Shown one piece after another: positions 1 through 12,573 of a DNA stretch of 64,000 nucleotides. A program made the position numbers and the translations under genes. Source of the stretch: Kudoa neothunni (Eukaryota; Animalia; Cnidaria); the NCBI GenBank assembly GCA_964304625.1, contig OZ199838.1, forward strand, positions 14,937,907 to 15,001,906. The letters run 5' to 3'. The notes below the pieces were generated by a model. The model had not been told where the DNA came from. It ran no database searches and saw only the letters and a list, made by a program, of their open reading frames with translations. Each line of letters opens with the position of its first letter. The stretch's first letter is position 1.

Positions 1-1313
1 CTTTACACATTCCTTTTTTAGGACTCCAATGGAACCCTCATTTTTTTAACTTGAATTATGAAGAAAAATGCAATAAGTAATTTACTAAAGTATGAGAGAA
101 AACTATCGATAAAATATTGAAAAGTGTCACAATTGTAACACCGCCGGTTGTTAACAATCATTACCGAAACATTTAAAAGGTTAAATTAGGCATCTAATTT
201 AATAAGTTTAATTTTATTTTTTAAATTAATGCATTTTAATAAAATTATATATCATTCCACATTTACAAAGTCTTATAAATTGTTTCCTTTATAATCAATT
301 CCTTAATTATCACGCCCAATAAAACCCCAAATACATATTGTTTCAAAATTGATAAAATGCGAGTTATTTATATTATTTTAGTTTTTAATGTTACAAGATG
401 TCACGCAAACAAATTTGAATTGCTTTTATTACAGTTGGTTCCACAAACAAAAAAAATTCCTCGCTTTCTTATCTTGAGATCTTGAACAATAACAGCATCA
501 CTCGTGACAAAGAAATTCGAGTGATTATAATTTAGAGTTGAGAATTAAGATATAGACAAGGATTCCAATATAAGCCAGTAACTGCTGGTGTGTCATATCT
601 TCAAATAATGCCGACAATTATAATAGCCAAAATTGTTAGTATTTGAAATAACAGTTGAGGTAAAGACTCACCATAAAATATGAGGAATGCATAAGCTGAA
701 GAGGTTATTCAGTTTAAAGCGTAGGAATGCGAATCTTGAGATTTTGAAAAATATTTCGTTTAGACCATTCAATTATTTGAAGTTTCTCAGAAAACCAATT
801 AACATCGTCCTTATCTTTGTACATATTTCGATAGCATTTATTACCGCCAGGAACAATAGAATGATGTTAATAACTAAAGTATCGAAGTTTATCGTAAAAT
901 TCTTATATATCGGATTAAATTTTATGCAGAATATTACACTAAGAACCATTTATGACAGCATTTCACTCGTCGGTAATGACCGGTATTTGGCGTACACATA
1001 GTTTTTTCAAATTATCTCTACTTCCTCTGAATAGAATTTTATTTAATTCTCAAAATTGTTGTAAATTATTTTTCTTCATCGTTTGGTAGAAAAAAAACGT
1101 GGGGTCCATTGAACCCCAAAAGAGGGAATGTGTAAGTATTTTGATTATTTCGTGACTTGAATTTACAAATTAAAATATTCTGTGATATTTTAATAGAACT
1201 CATATTTGTAGGAGAATAGATGCGATCTTAAATTCAATGATGTAACATAAGATTCTTTAAAATTGATTCAAACATCCATTGGGGTCCGATGGACGTCAAA
1301 GAGGCTCCGAAGG
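1..1313. mobile_element. Right part of a degenerate piggyBac-like element inside a DDX47 intron
   Basis: Ends ...GGCTCCGAAGG|TTAA (1314-1317). Subterminal inverted repeat: 2-40 matches the reverse complement of about 1100-1136. Carries a GGGGTCC...CCCC motif like the other piggyBac ends here. Left end lies outside the window. Confidence 0.5.
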
Positions 1314-1764
1314 TTAAACAATCCAATATGCTGTCGTCCAATATCGTAAATGTTTAAACCCTTCAAGATATAATCTGAATAAGATATGTTATTAAAAATA
1401 TAAATATTTATGCCGCACAAAAAAATTTGTGTTATTTTTCAATGTTTACAGGTTTTCAATGAAAACTCAAGATTTTGTAAAAAACGAAAAAACTCCAAGA
1501 ACCCAAGGTTACTATAAAAACCAAACCCTGGTTTGGACTATAATTGATTAATTATGGTAATTACGAGCGTAATGATGGGCTAAAAATGGTAAACCTTAGC
1601 AGATTAAAAAAATAAGCCGTGTTTGAGGAATATAGATGAGTTATGGGATTAAAATCAAGTTTTTGGAGTTCTTAAGTGCTAATTATTTATCTTTAAAGCT
1701 TTATGGCCAAATTATTCATCGGTTGATATTGTTTTCTACACATTTTTAACGTGTTTTTATTTAG

Positions 1765-2184
1765 GACTATATTCATCGCGTGGGCAGAACCGCTAGAGCA
1801 GGTCGTTCTGGAAGAGCTATCACTATTGTTTCTCAGTAGTTTACTGTATTGTCGTCGAGAAAACTATTACCGACTTTTCATAGGTATGACATTGATTTCT
1901 ATCAACGTATAGAAAAACTTATAAACAAAAAATTGCCAGAATTTCCCCATGTTGAACAGGAAGTGATGAAACTGGTAGATACGGTCAACGAAGCCGAACG
2001 TATTGCCAAAATGGAAATTAGAGATGCCAAAGATAACAAATTCGATTTAAAACTTACTAGTAACGCTAACGGGGTCGAAGAGATTGATGATATTCCTGGA
2101 TTGCCCTCTCTGTCAACAAATACGTCCAGAAAGCGCAAACAAAGTTTTCGCAATAAAAATCGTTCTAAAAAGAATAAAAACTAA
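1765..2184 (+). CDS. DDX47: DEAD-box RNA helicase DDX47/RRP3, last two exons (1765-1835, 1884-2184)
   Basis: Spliced across a 48-nt GT-AG intron it reads DYIHRVGRTARAGRSGRAITIVSQ|YDIDFYQRIEKLINKKLP...EVMKLVDTVNEAERIAKME. This is helicase motif VI plus the RRP3/DDX47-type C-terminus and basic tail. Confidence 0.88.
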
Positions 2185-3733
2185 TCATCTGTAGATATTA
2201 AAATAGATTTTGATAGGTATATTTATTTGTATTTATTTAATCAAAAATATTATCCAGTTCAATCGTGACTCCGAATAACGCTACCTTTCAATTGTTTTAT
2301 TATTGCAACATTTTTTTTTATTTAATTACCATATTTTTTTAAAGTGAAATTATTTGAAGTAAATTGAATGAAATTCATTATTCACTTTCGACAAAATCCC
2401 AACTTATCTTTTTCTAATCTACTGGTCCGTGATGGGCTGTTTTTAGATGTTGAATTTTTTATGGAAAATTACCTTATTAAAATATATTTGAATATTAAAT
2501 TATAGACTGACATTTTATTTCTTCATTGTCAGTGATACATCTTAAAGCTTTTTATTATTTTTTACAATATCATGAATTATACTAATTAAAATATAATCAG
2601 AGGAATATTTAGAACATCAGTCACTGATTTTATGTTTACTTTACAAATTATTGACAATAAAAATTTAATGGCTTTCTCCTTCTGTGCATAATCTAATTAA
2701 AGCTAAAACAAACCAATTGAAAAAACCATTCGGTAACTATTTTTAATAAGACATTGGATGCTGAAACAGATATTTTTAATTTTAAATTACACAAACGCTT
2801 GCGCAGTATATTTTTTAATCACAAAAACTCCTGTTTATAATTGATGTATAATGTTTTTTTGAAATCAAGTTTATTTAATTATTTTTTTATCCCTAAAAAT
2901 GATGCGGGGGGGGGGGCAATACATAATTAACTACAGTTAAGAATACACTCACCTGGTTATTATGATCCGTTCAGATAGTCATTTTCATTTTTTATCCGGT
3001 ACTCTAGTTCATTTTCTTGTTCTAAGACGATAATCCGGTTTAACGATTATAAGAAGTTTCGTGGAGCCGTTTAACATTAGCTACTCTTTTGATCACGACA
3101 TTTTTCTAGTAGATTAAACGCAGACATCTATTAAAATGCTTTACAAAATATGTTTTAATGTTTAATCATCCTTCAAAGCTCTTTTTCTAAATCAACTTTT
3201 CTCTTCCCAACATTCTTCTTAATGAACTCTACACAAGCAGCAGACTAACATTTCTTAACAAGTGCATCGTTTAGATTCGATATATTCAACGATAAATCAA
3301 TTATGAGTGTCTACAGTTATATACTTCCTTTCAGGTTTAATTCAAATAACCCAAAGTGGTAAATAAAATTTATAGCACCGTTTTCAATTCAGGAAACTCA
3401 TACAGTGTAGCCCCTTAAAGTATAACGAACGTTGGACATTTTTTATAAGGAAATGGCTAATTTTATATAATTTTCTAATTGAAATTTTACCGAATTTTAT
3501 TTACATTGAATATAATAGTTTCAATGGTTAAATGATTGTTTAAAATTATTAAGAACAATAATTGAACATCTCCATTCTCACAATAGGACTGGTATCAAAC
3601 AACCAATAAAAATACATGAGATTTATTTTTTGACGAAAAATTCGAACTTGATCGTGTTTTTAACACATTTATATTTAAAAAAGGCAGATAATATTTAATA
3701 AAATCCGCGTAATTTGCTATTGAGCTCCTTCAA

Positions 3734-6700
3734 CTCTCACAGGACGGTATTCGGAAAATGTACGTATGTTCCGGCGTGGGGTCCGCGCGGACCCCAGCGG
3801 TTATTTCATTATGTAAACGCAATTTTTATAATAACTTCGATTTTATATGATTAATATATTATATAGATAAGGAAACAATTATTGGTTGGTTAAAATTATC
3901 TATAGATTAGCAGAATTTTCAACTGAAGGCAAAGCCTCACAAAATGACTGTGACACTCTCGCACCACACCGATAGGCAGTGTAAAATAGCTTTTCCAAGA
4001 CAATGGTTAAGACATTCAGTAGCATTGTTTGTATTCAAGAACATTTAAAGGAGCAGCTAGTCACGTCAAACCGCGTTTCCTGAAGAATTCTCGTTAATTT
4101 TCGCATAGCGCGGAGGATTATAATTATAACAAAATTGTTATTTATTAATAGACATCGAAATCACATAATATAATATTTTTATTAATAAAATATTACATTG
4201 ATTTTATTTTAAATACCAATGACAGAATTACTTATTCGCTATAAAATAAAAAACTTAAATTTAAACTTGTAAGTTTTAAGTAATTATCGATGCATGTAAA
4301 GTCCTCAAAAATTGATATCCATATCTACATAGTACGTTTATTTTGTCTGAGTATTCTTTCACTTTGAAGACATTTTTATTTCTATGTGATTTTAAAATTA
4401 AAAAATAATACGGAATATTTGCTCGATGTTTTTTGGATAGTTTCATCAAAAGTCAATTCAAAAAAAATATAATAAATAAAATCATAAACGACAGTGAATA
4501 TTTTGGAATTGAAATTATTATATGCGATAGATATCGGTCACCGAAACATTTATTAATTTAAAAAAATATTAACTTTTAGAAAGATTGTTTTGCTAAATTA
4601 TTACGAAAATTTGTGTTTATTTTGGTTTCTATTTGGTTTTCATTTTTATCATGAAATGTTAGAATAATCCAGAGAAATTTTTCTAAAATTTTAATTTAAA
4701 ATAAATCGTATATAAAATTCGAACTGTCGTTATGCTGAACAACCATTGGTTTGAACACATCGAAAAGTTATGAAAAACTATTTCTAATTGATAAATCTTT
4801 TTGAAATACGTATATAATTAAAAATATTTTTTTATAATGCAGTAAAAGAATGAGCCAATGTAAAATATATTTAACTATAGTTAGACAGGATAATAATTCA
4901 ACAATAAACTAAGCACTCAAATCATCCTGACAGTCTGAGCAAGTGATTATAATTTTCAGCGTTTTATGAAGTGAGCAAATTGGCTTGTTACAAGAGGAAC
5001 ATTTTGTTTTGGTTTTCCTGTCCATGTTACGTGGGCAACATACTCATCGTCCCTTTTTAGATGATGTTGAATCATTTTGCATATTTGAGTTGAAATTGGA
5101 GAAATGACTATGGAATATTTTGAATCTGTATTGTAAATCCGAATGGTATCTACTGATGGTTTCTTGACGACGCGATACGTTATAGATGACCAATTGAATC
5201 CCTAATCCGCGAAGCAAGGTTGGACGTCGACTGCGCTCATTCGAATGCCAATCAGGAAATCTGACTGTCCCTATAATATGTGCATTTAACGCAGATATAT
5301 CGATCAGATCCATGAAAACGTGGAATGGTCAACCATCGGTTCTTCTATAACAACCCCAAAGTTTGGTCATCCGGTCTCCATTGTCAACTGCCCCTTTTGT
5401 GTGATTGCAATAAACGATAAGTTCAGGTCTTTTTTTATCGCCTCTTTCGATGACACTATCATGGAACTCTGTTGATAATAAAATGACATTTTTGTTTATC
5501 TTGGGAACATATGAAATTATGGTTAAATCATTGGAGAAGCAAAACATTGAAAAATTTTCATTACGATCTTTCACACTAAGAATGTTTTTTGGGATGTATC
5601 GGTTATTTTTTCGCATAGTTCCGGTCAGAGTTAAATCAATTTTTATTAAAAATAAGGCCAGGGGAATGGATGTAAAAAGGTTGTCAGTCGTTATACCACG
5701 ACTTCCATAATAAGGAGAAACTAAATCTTTGACAACTCGTTCTCCTTGGTTTTTCTCCCTGATACTGTTAACTTTACTAAGGTAAGGTTTGGTATTTAAT
5801 AGGTATGATGTATCCACATCTGAAGCCAACCACAACTTCATCCCGAAGCGTTCGGGTTTATTCTTCATGTAAATATGAAACAGGCACCTTCCGCGAAATG
5901 AAACAACTCTTCCATCTACAGTTATATGTGTACCCGGTGAATAATTCTGTGTGAACAAGGAATTTAAATCGTCGAAGATTTCTTGCATTGCCTCATATTT
6001 GTTGCCAGATGTTCTCATTCTTGATGCTCTCGTGAGTCGATCATCAAAACGGATTGTTCTGAATATCTGGCAAAAACGATCCCTCGATAGAGACACCGAA
6101 AAAATGCTGTTTGAACAACGGGTTCAAATCCCAACGATTTTTGAGTGATAATTTGGCTCCATTATATCTGCCAGATATGATCGTGATTCCAATAAAAGCC
6201 TTCAGCTCTTCCATTGTTATGGTATCCTTATCGCTATATTTTTCATTCGATAGGAAGTACTCATTGGTAAAATATAATATTTTTTCCAACAAAATACTCG
6301 AAAAAATAGCGAGAATGTTTCCATGATCGTTTGTACATTTTTAGACTCTTTTGTAAGTCCAGGTTTTGGCAAGTCTAGATTGTGGCTTTTGTTTTTCCTC
6401 CTCAATTTTTCACTGCAACCCCATTTGAATCCAATGCTGAGGTTAGAAATTTCCACTAAATTTTCTAAACCATCATTATCTTCATTGCAAGATGAGGAAT
6501 CCATTGTTTCTACAATATCATCGCAATCTGAAATATCAGATAGCGGTCCCTCCAAATCAAAATCACTGTCGATTTCATCATTCCCAACAGGATCACTTAA
6601 TAAATCATCAGAGTATTCTTTTGACATTTCTCTATTCGAGTTTAATTAAAAAAAACAATATCTTATAATTTACTTGTATTGTACACAAACAACGTGGATT

Positions 6701-7086
6701 TAAATTTAAGCCTCTAATCCTTTAGTAATCTATGGGTATATATATATATATTTGCATTTGTCGGACGATGATATAAAATGATAGAAATACATGCATATTG
6801 ATCTAAAATACAATTAAAATGCACGTTTAATGAATTTTCATTAATTATTTTATATAATAATCTCGATTAAAATATTAACTAAATAACCCCTTATCAAAAA
6901 CATGCACGAAAGAAGTAACTTTATTTCGATTAATTTTAAATATAAAAAAACTTTAAAAGGAACAAAAAATTGATACCTTCTTTTGGAATTCATGGGATTA
7001 AAAAATGTTTTCGTTTATAAAACGAAGAGAAAACACTAAAATACAAAAATTGGGGTCCGCATGAACCCCACACCGCCCTGCGAAGG
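3734..7086 (-). mobile_element. piggyBac DNA transposon with frameshifted transposase (about 4910-6627)
   Basis: PGBD motifs (ITVDGRVVSFRGRC, YMKNKPERFGMKLW, TTDNLFTS, KGAVD, Cys-rich tail) are split over several frames. Imperfect TIRs CTCTCACAGGACGGT / ACCGCCCTGCGAAGG, with TTAA at 7087-7090 and shared GGGGTCCGC..ACCCCA subterminal repeats. Confidence 0.88.
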
Positions 7087-8082
7087 TTAAATGTATTGGA
7101 AAGATCGATTAAAAAGTTATGGCAAATCTTGCAAACATTGTCTAATAAAAAATCAATTTATTTTTATCACCGAACCCTTCGTGGGTAGGATTAGAAAAGT
7201 CCAGGTGTCAAACTTGGTCCAAGGGCCGATTGTTGTATTTTTTTAAATTACGCTTGAATAAGACACACACTTAAACGACACAACACTTCGTGATCATTGT
7301 TTTTATAAACAATTAATGTTATTTTCAATAAAGGATTACAGCCGATAATTATCGATCTCTGTTTTAGATGAAACATGAAACAAAAAATATATGAATCCTT
7401 TCAATTAACCCGGGAGAGACTCGATTAAGACTAATAATTTTCCCACAATGCACTTCTTTTGACGACTGTTATATTTTTTTAAATATCCCATAATTCTCCA
7501 TTTGGCCTAAGAATTGGACTTTTTATTATCTATAAATTGTAATTTTTCGAACTATTATGATGCATTAACTACTTTCATTGACTCGTCGATTAACTAACGC
7601 ATTTAAATAAACGTTTGCTTTCAGTATCGTAATCAGAACTATAATATTTAAATCAAGATTAAACAATATCAACAAACTTTAAAAAATAATAAATACTATG
7701 TGATATAACTAAATTTAATAATTTAATAATTTCTCTCGTTGAATTATTCTCCCTTTAAACAACAAAACTTTGTTTACATCATCTTTTTCACCTACGCATA
7801 CACTCAGGATGATGGACCTAACTCTGTTCAGAAAGTAAAATTACAAAGTTATCATTTTTTTCAGAACAAAAGTTTATGTTGTTGGCGTTTATTACTGTAT
7901 TCTTTAGAAAACCATGTGTTAAATGATCTTACTATTGCCAGCTCTAAAGTTTTTATAATAAGTTTACATTACCAGTTAATCATTTTATAATCAACCATAA
8001 AACCTTATTTTATTGTAAAAGCCTATAATTGATTTATTAAAGAGTACTTAACAATCCAAATATTTAAATAAGCATCTATATA

Positions 8083-10030
8083 GGGAGAGGATTTCTGCGC
8101 ATATAAGCATTCGGACACTACTATTTACACACAGTTGTGCAGGGATATTATGCACTTTTTTGGGACAAAGACTCGAGTGCGTAATAACTCTGCACTATTT
8201 AATATCCACGTTTTAACGCGCACACCCACAGTGGAAATTTAATGGGTGCGCGACCCCTTTCTCTGCTTTTTTATTTATTCTCTCGTTGCAACAATAATAA
8301 AGAAAATATAGAGATGTAAAAAAATTTTGTAACAATTTTTTTGTTGTTCGCAGAATATTTTGAAAATAAATAAGGTAGTTTAAAGCAGAATTATTTTTTA
8401 ACAAGATATTTGTTATTCCTCTTGTTTTAAATGAAGTTTATTGTATTTTTTTAAAAGAAAAATTTAATTTTGTAATGTGTTCCAGCATTTCGGTGCGATG
8501 GATCTTGAATAATTTCTTTATTTCTTACAGATTTTCTATTTAATTTGTTCATTTTTAGACTAACTCTCGAAGCAAACTCATGGAACTATCCTCGACCGAC
8601 AGTTATAGGAGTGTTGTCTTTCATGTCGTCCTTTATGTCATTGGCTAATTTTTTTTCTATTATATTGTACTCTCTGGACAGCTTTATATTTCTCATTCTC
8701 GAAAGTTCGATCCATTCATTCATTCTTATATCGAGTAGTTTGAACTTTTTTACAGTTTTGCGATAAAATCTTAAATCACTTGAAATAGCGATTGAAAATA
8801 TTTTTGATTTTATGGATACAATTGTATTCAACGTGGAGACCGATTTAAGACAGGAACGCCTAACGATGCTCGCTTTAGAATCACTCTTAGTTCCTAATTT
8901 TTCCAATTATTTAGCTAATTTACAGTTCAGTGGAATTCATTGGATATGCTCGGCTGCGCTCGCGAAAAAAACAAATTTAAAAGATAAACGTATTTTAATG
9001 TAAGTATATTTCATTAATTGTTTTTGTATACATCGAACATGTATTTTTAGGAAATTTTTTCTTAAAATGGTACTCTGCGAGATAGGAACCAATTAATTCC
9101 GACTTTTTATGAGTTATGTGTCAGTATTTCCTTTTTATTGCACCCCAAATTGCTTCGATACGGTTGATTTGCACACCTTCTTGTGTCTTAAATTCAACTG
9201 AGTGATTTACTGTCTCTTGGCTATAGTAAATTGCACCCAAGTTGCAGTAACCAGCCCAGAAATCTGTCCAAAGTATTGACCCAGGATGAACATTTTGAAT
9301 AATTATATGTTTAAGTGTAGATTGATTTCGAATGGTAGTTAGCATTTGAAATATATTACCATATGAGTCTATACCACCAACGATCCATATGTTTTGATTT
9401 ACCAAAACTCTTCCTCGGTGATACTTACGTTTACAAATCTGTGATTCATCAATTTGTACTACCACCGCATGTCCTCCAATTCTTTCATTATGTAAATCAA
9501 AATAGTCGATATAAACTTCTCTAATAAAATTCCTCCAGTCACAAATTGTACGGTCGGAACCTATTTGCAGTTGTTTCGACAGCTGTGGATACGGCATGTG
9601 GATATCATTGACTTTTATATACATCAATGCAAAGATTTACCATAGCGTTAGTTTTGAACCTTAGAAAAATGTCCCTCTTCTAATTGAAATTTTTTTCTTA
9701 CACATTGGACATTTGGACAAATATTTATCAATAATAGAATCTTTTTTTAGCAACATTAACACGTCACAATTATCGCACATTCTCTCTTTAGGTATAAGTT
9801 TAAGTTTTTGTAAGAGTGATATTTGTTTGTCTATGTCATTCTTTATTTCAAAGAGATGTTCTAACAAAAAATCATCGATATTTTCGAAAGTAAATTCTAT
9901 CGCACTAAAAACTCCGATTGACGCCGGTAGGTGAAGATGAATTTCACTGAACTGTAAATTAGCCTACGTAATCAAACCACAGATTTCAGGTGCGTAAGAC
10001 CACTAAGTGCGCAATAAGCATGCACTCCTA
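8083..10030 (-). mobile_element. Merlin (IS1595/ISXO2-like) transposon, decayed; boundaries approximate
   Basis: ORFs 9661-9867 and 9121-9627 are in one frame separated by stops. They give an N-terminal CxxC..CxxC zinc ribbon followed by VVQIDESQICKRKYHRGR, WIVGGID, ILWTDFWAGY, VNHS and NRIEAIW. No convincing TSD was found. Confidence 0.8.
8440..8906 (-). pseudogene. CENP-B/pogo-type HTH DNA-binding fragment without a DDE domain
   Basis: KFKLLDIRMNEWIELSRMRNIKLS...GRG*FHEFASR (TAG where W is expected) resembles the Tc5/CENP-B HTH. Compare SNGWFVEFKNRY in the neighbouring Tigger transposase. Confidence 0.55.
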
Positions 10031-10175
10031 TTTTTCCCAACGAAACAATTATTTCTTAATTCTCTACTTATATTTATCGATATATTTTGCTCTTATCACA
10101 CGATTTATATCTATTTTTAATTGGTATATTTTGAATTTTCGACATTGTTTCTAAATTTGCGCAATAACCATGCTA

Positions 10176-12096
10176 CAGTCGAACCTGGATATTGCGTAAT
10201 TTCACAAGTTTATTGAGATTAACGTATATTTTAGAATTTTTAATTAAACATTGCGTATATACTATTTAAATAGATGTTAACAAAGCAAGCTAAGATAAAA
10301 AGTTGTTATTAACGATGTAAAAATTTAAGATTTTGCGCTAAAACTAAAATCTCTCTACTGCGTACCATTTTGTTTAATTTAATCCCCCTTAATCTTCTTT
10401 TCGAATTCTGCGAAACGAAGATGGCAAGGAACCAGCGAACGGTGGCTGAAAAAATTGAAATTATCGAGTACTATAATTCAATTAAATCTCTTAAGGGAGC
10501 AAAAGCAATGACTGTTAAACATTTCAAGCCATCTAGTAATATAAAATTATCTAACCCTATTAAAATATATTTGCAGGGCACTCTACACTTGATAGGATTT
10601 TAGCTTCTCAAAATGATATTGTTAATTCTACTGTTTTAGCTTCAAGAAAAAGAATGAAAGAAGGCAAATACAAGAAGTTGGGCAATTAACTCTATGCGCG
10701 GATCACTAAAATGCGATATCAGAAGATTGTCCCTGCATACTTAATTGTTGAAAAGACCAAAAGTATCGCTAAATCTAGAGGGCTTGATGAATCTGCCGGT
10801 AGTAATGGTTGGTTCGTGGAATTTAAAAATAGATACTATATTCATTATAAAAAATTGCACAGTGAAGCCAGCAGTGTGAATAATCAAACTGTACTGGATT
10901 TTTTGGTTAAATTTCCAGAAATCTCACTAGGATACAAAAAATGCAACATAATGAATATGGATGAAACGTCTCTTTTTTATGAACAGTTACTCTTGCACAC
11001 GTATACTCTAAATGACGAATCCGACGTAAAAGGAATGAAACAATCCAAGAAAAGGGTTACTGTTCTTGTGTCTGCGTCTTTAACAGGGGAAAAATTCCCA
11101 CTTATTGTAATAGGGAAGTATCAAAAACCCAGGTGTTTTAATAAATAGAGCCACTACCTTTGAAATATTATGCACAAAAAAATGCTTGGATGTCTTCTGA
11201 AATTTTTTACGATGTCCTTAAATCCTATGATAAAAAATTCCAAGAAGAAAAAGGAAAGTTCTAATATTATTGGATCATTGCCCTTTGCATCCACAAAATC
11301 TTCATGAATTTGAAAATGTTAAACTGGCATTTTTACCTAAAAACACCGCAAGTGTACTACAACCAATGGACCTTGGTGTCATACGCAGTTTAAAATGCCA
11401 GTACCGTAAAATTTTGACAACCTATCAATTATCTGAAGACAACAATTCAAATTTAATTAAGTATACCGTTTTGGGATGTATAAAAACTTTGAAGCAGGCA
11501 TGGGAAAAGGTATCTTCGACTACCATTCAAAATTGTTTCAGAAAATCTAGATTTTTCGAGCATTGGAATTCCATCCTTTATCACCCTGAATTAAAAATTA
11601 TTAGATGGTGAAATCTTACCTCAAGATTTACCTGATAATGATGGTGAAAATTTTTTCACACTTATACACTGTTCATCAACCCTATTTTTTAGATAAAAAA
11701 ATTGACGAAATCAACAACATTGAAGAAGAGGAAACAATAGATTTACCTAAAACGCACGAAACTGATAAATTTAAAAAGAATGTCGATCCGGATTTTGTAA
11801 AGGATGAAACGCTTGTGTCAGCTTAGGAACTTAAACAAGCGATCAATTTAATCAGAAACGCTCTTATGCAAGAAAACCCAAAAGCATTATTTTCAACGCT
11901 CCCAGTTATGGATTTCATATCTGAAATAATTTAAAAAAAGCATAAACAGACGGAAATTACTAGTTATTTTAAACCAAAATAAATTTTTGTTCTTATACAT
12001 AATGCACTTGCGCCAATACTCTATATCGCGTAATTTCTGCCTGTTGCGTAATTTTTTTCCATTCCTAAAAAATTACGCAATATCCAGGTTCGACTG
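10176..12096 (+). mobile_element. pogo/Tigger transposon, full length, transposase disrupted (about 10421-11935)
   Basis: Perfect TIRs CAGTCGAACCTGGATATTGCGTAATTT, with TA target duplication (10174-75 and 12097-98). CENP-B HTH and DDE_1 motifs NMDETSLF, DHCPLH and LQPMDLGVIRSLK, with stops and frameshifts. Confidence 0.93.
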
Positions 12097-12573
12097 TACG
12101 TAATAACCCAGCGCCACTGAATATGGATAGATATTTTGTAATGTGGAAGGACATTACTCTCCTAATTAAGGTAAAAAATTTAATTCAAAAATTAAAAAGG
12201 AATAAAATCTTGTTTAAATTACTCAAAATAATTTATTTCTTGGAAATTTTATATTCATAAATATTTCACATAAAAAATAATTCATTGTTTCACAAAACGA
12301 AATCTGTATTGCTAAGATCTCTTCGGATAAAGTTGTTGTTTTATTTAAATCAAACTTTTAGGAGAAATTTATGAAATATCTAAACTCTTCTTTATCGTAA
12401 TAAGGCGAGCGTTATTTTAACATTATAGTGAACGCTGACGATAAATAAACGCAAGGTTTCAATTCCAGATAATACCTCATACTATAACTAATAATGTGAT
12501 CACTTAATGTGATTTCTTAAACAAGTAAGTAATTGAACTTAGATCTAGCTGGTCGAGAAAGATGAAATCTTGA

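Noticed and set aside
687-1001. 104-aa plus-strand ORF and similar AT-rich ORFs (7739, 20358, 32890, 50203, 61886)
   Set aside because: Their composition reflects AT-rich TE or intergenic DNA, with no domain or splice support.
2906-2916. Poly-G run
   Set aside because: Isolated homopolymer with no supporting structure.
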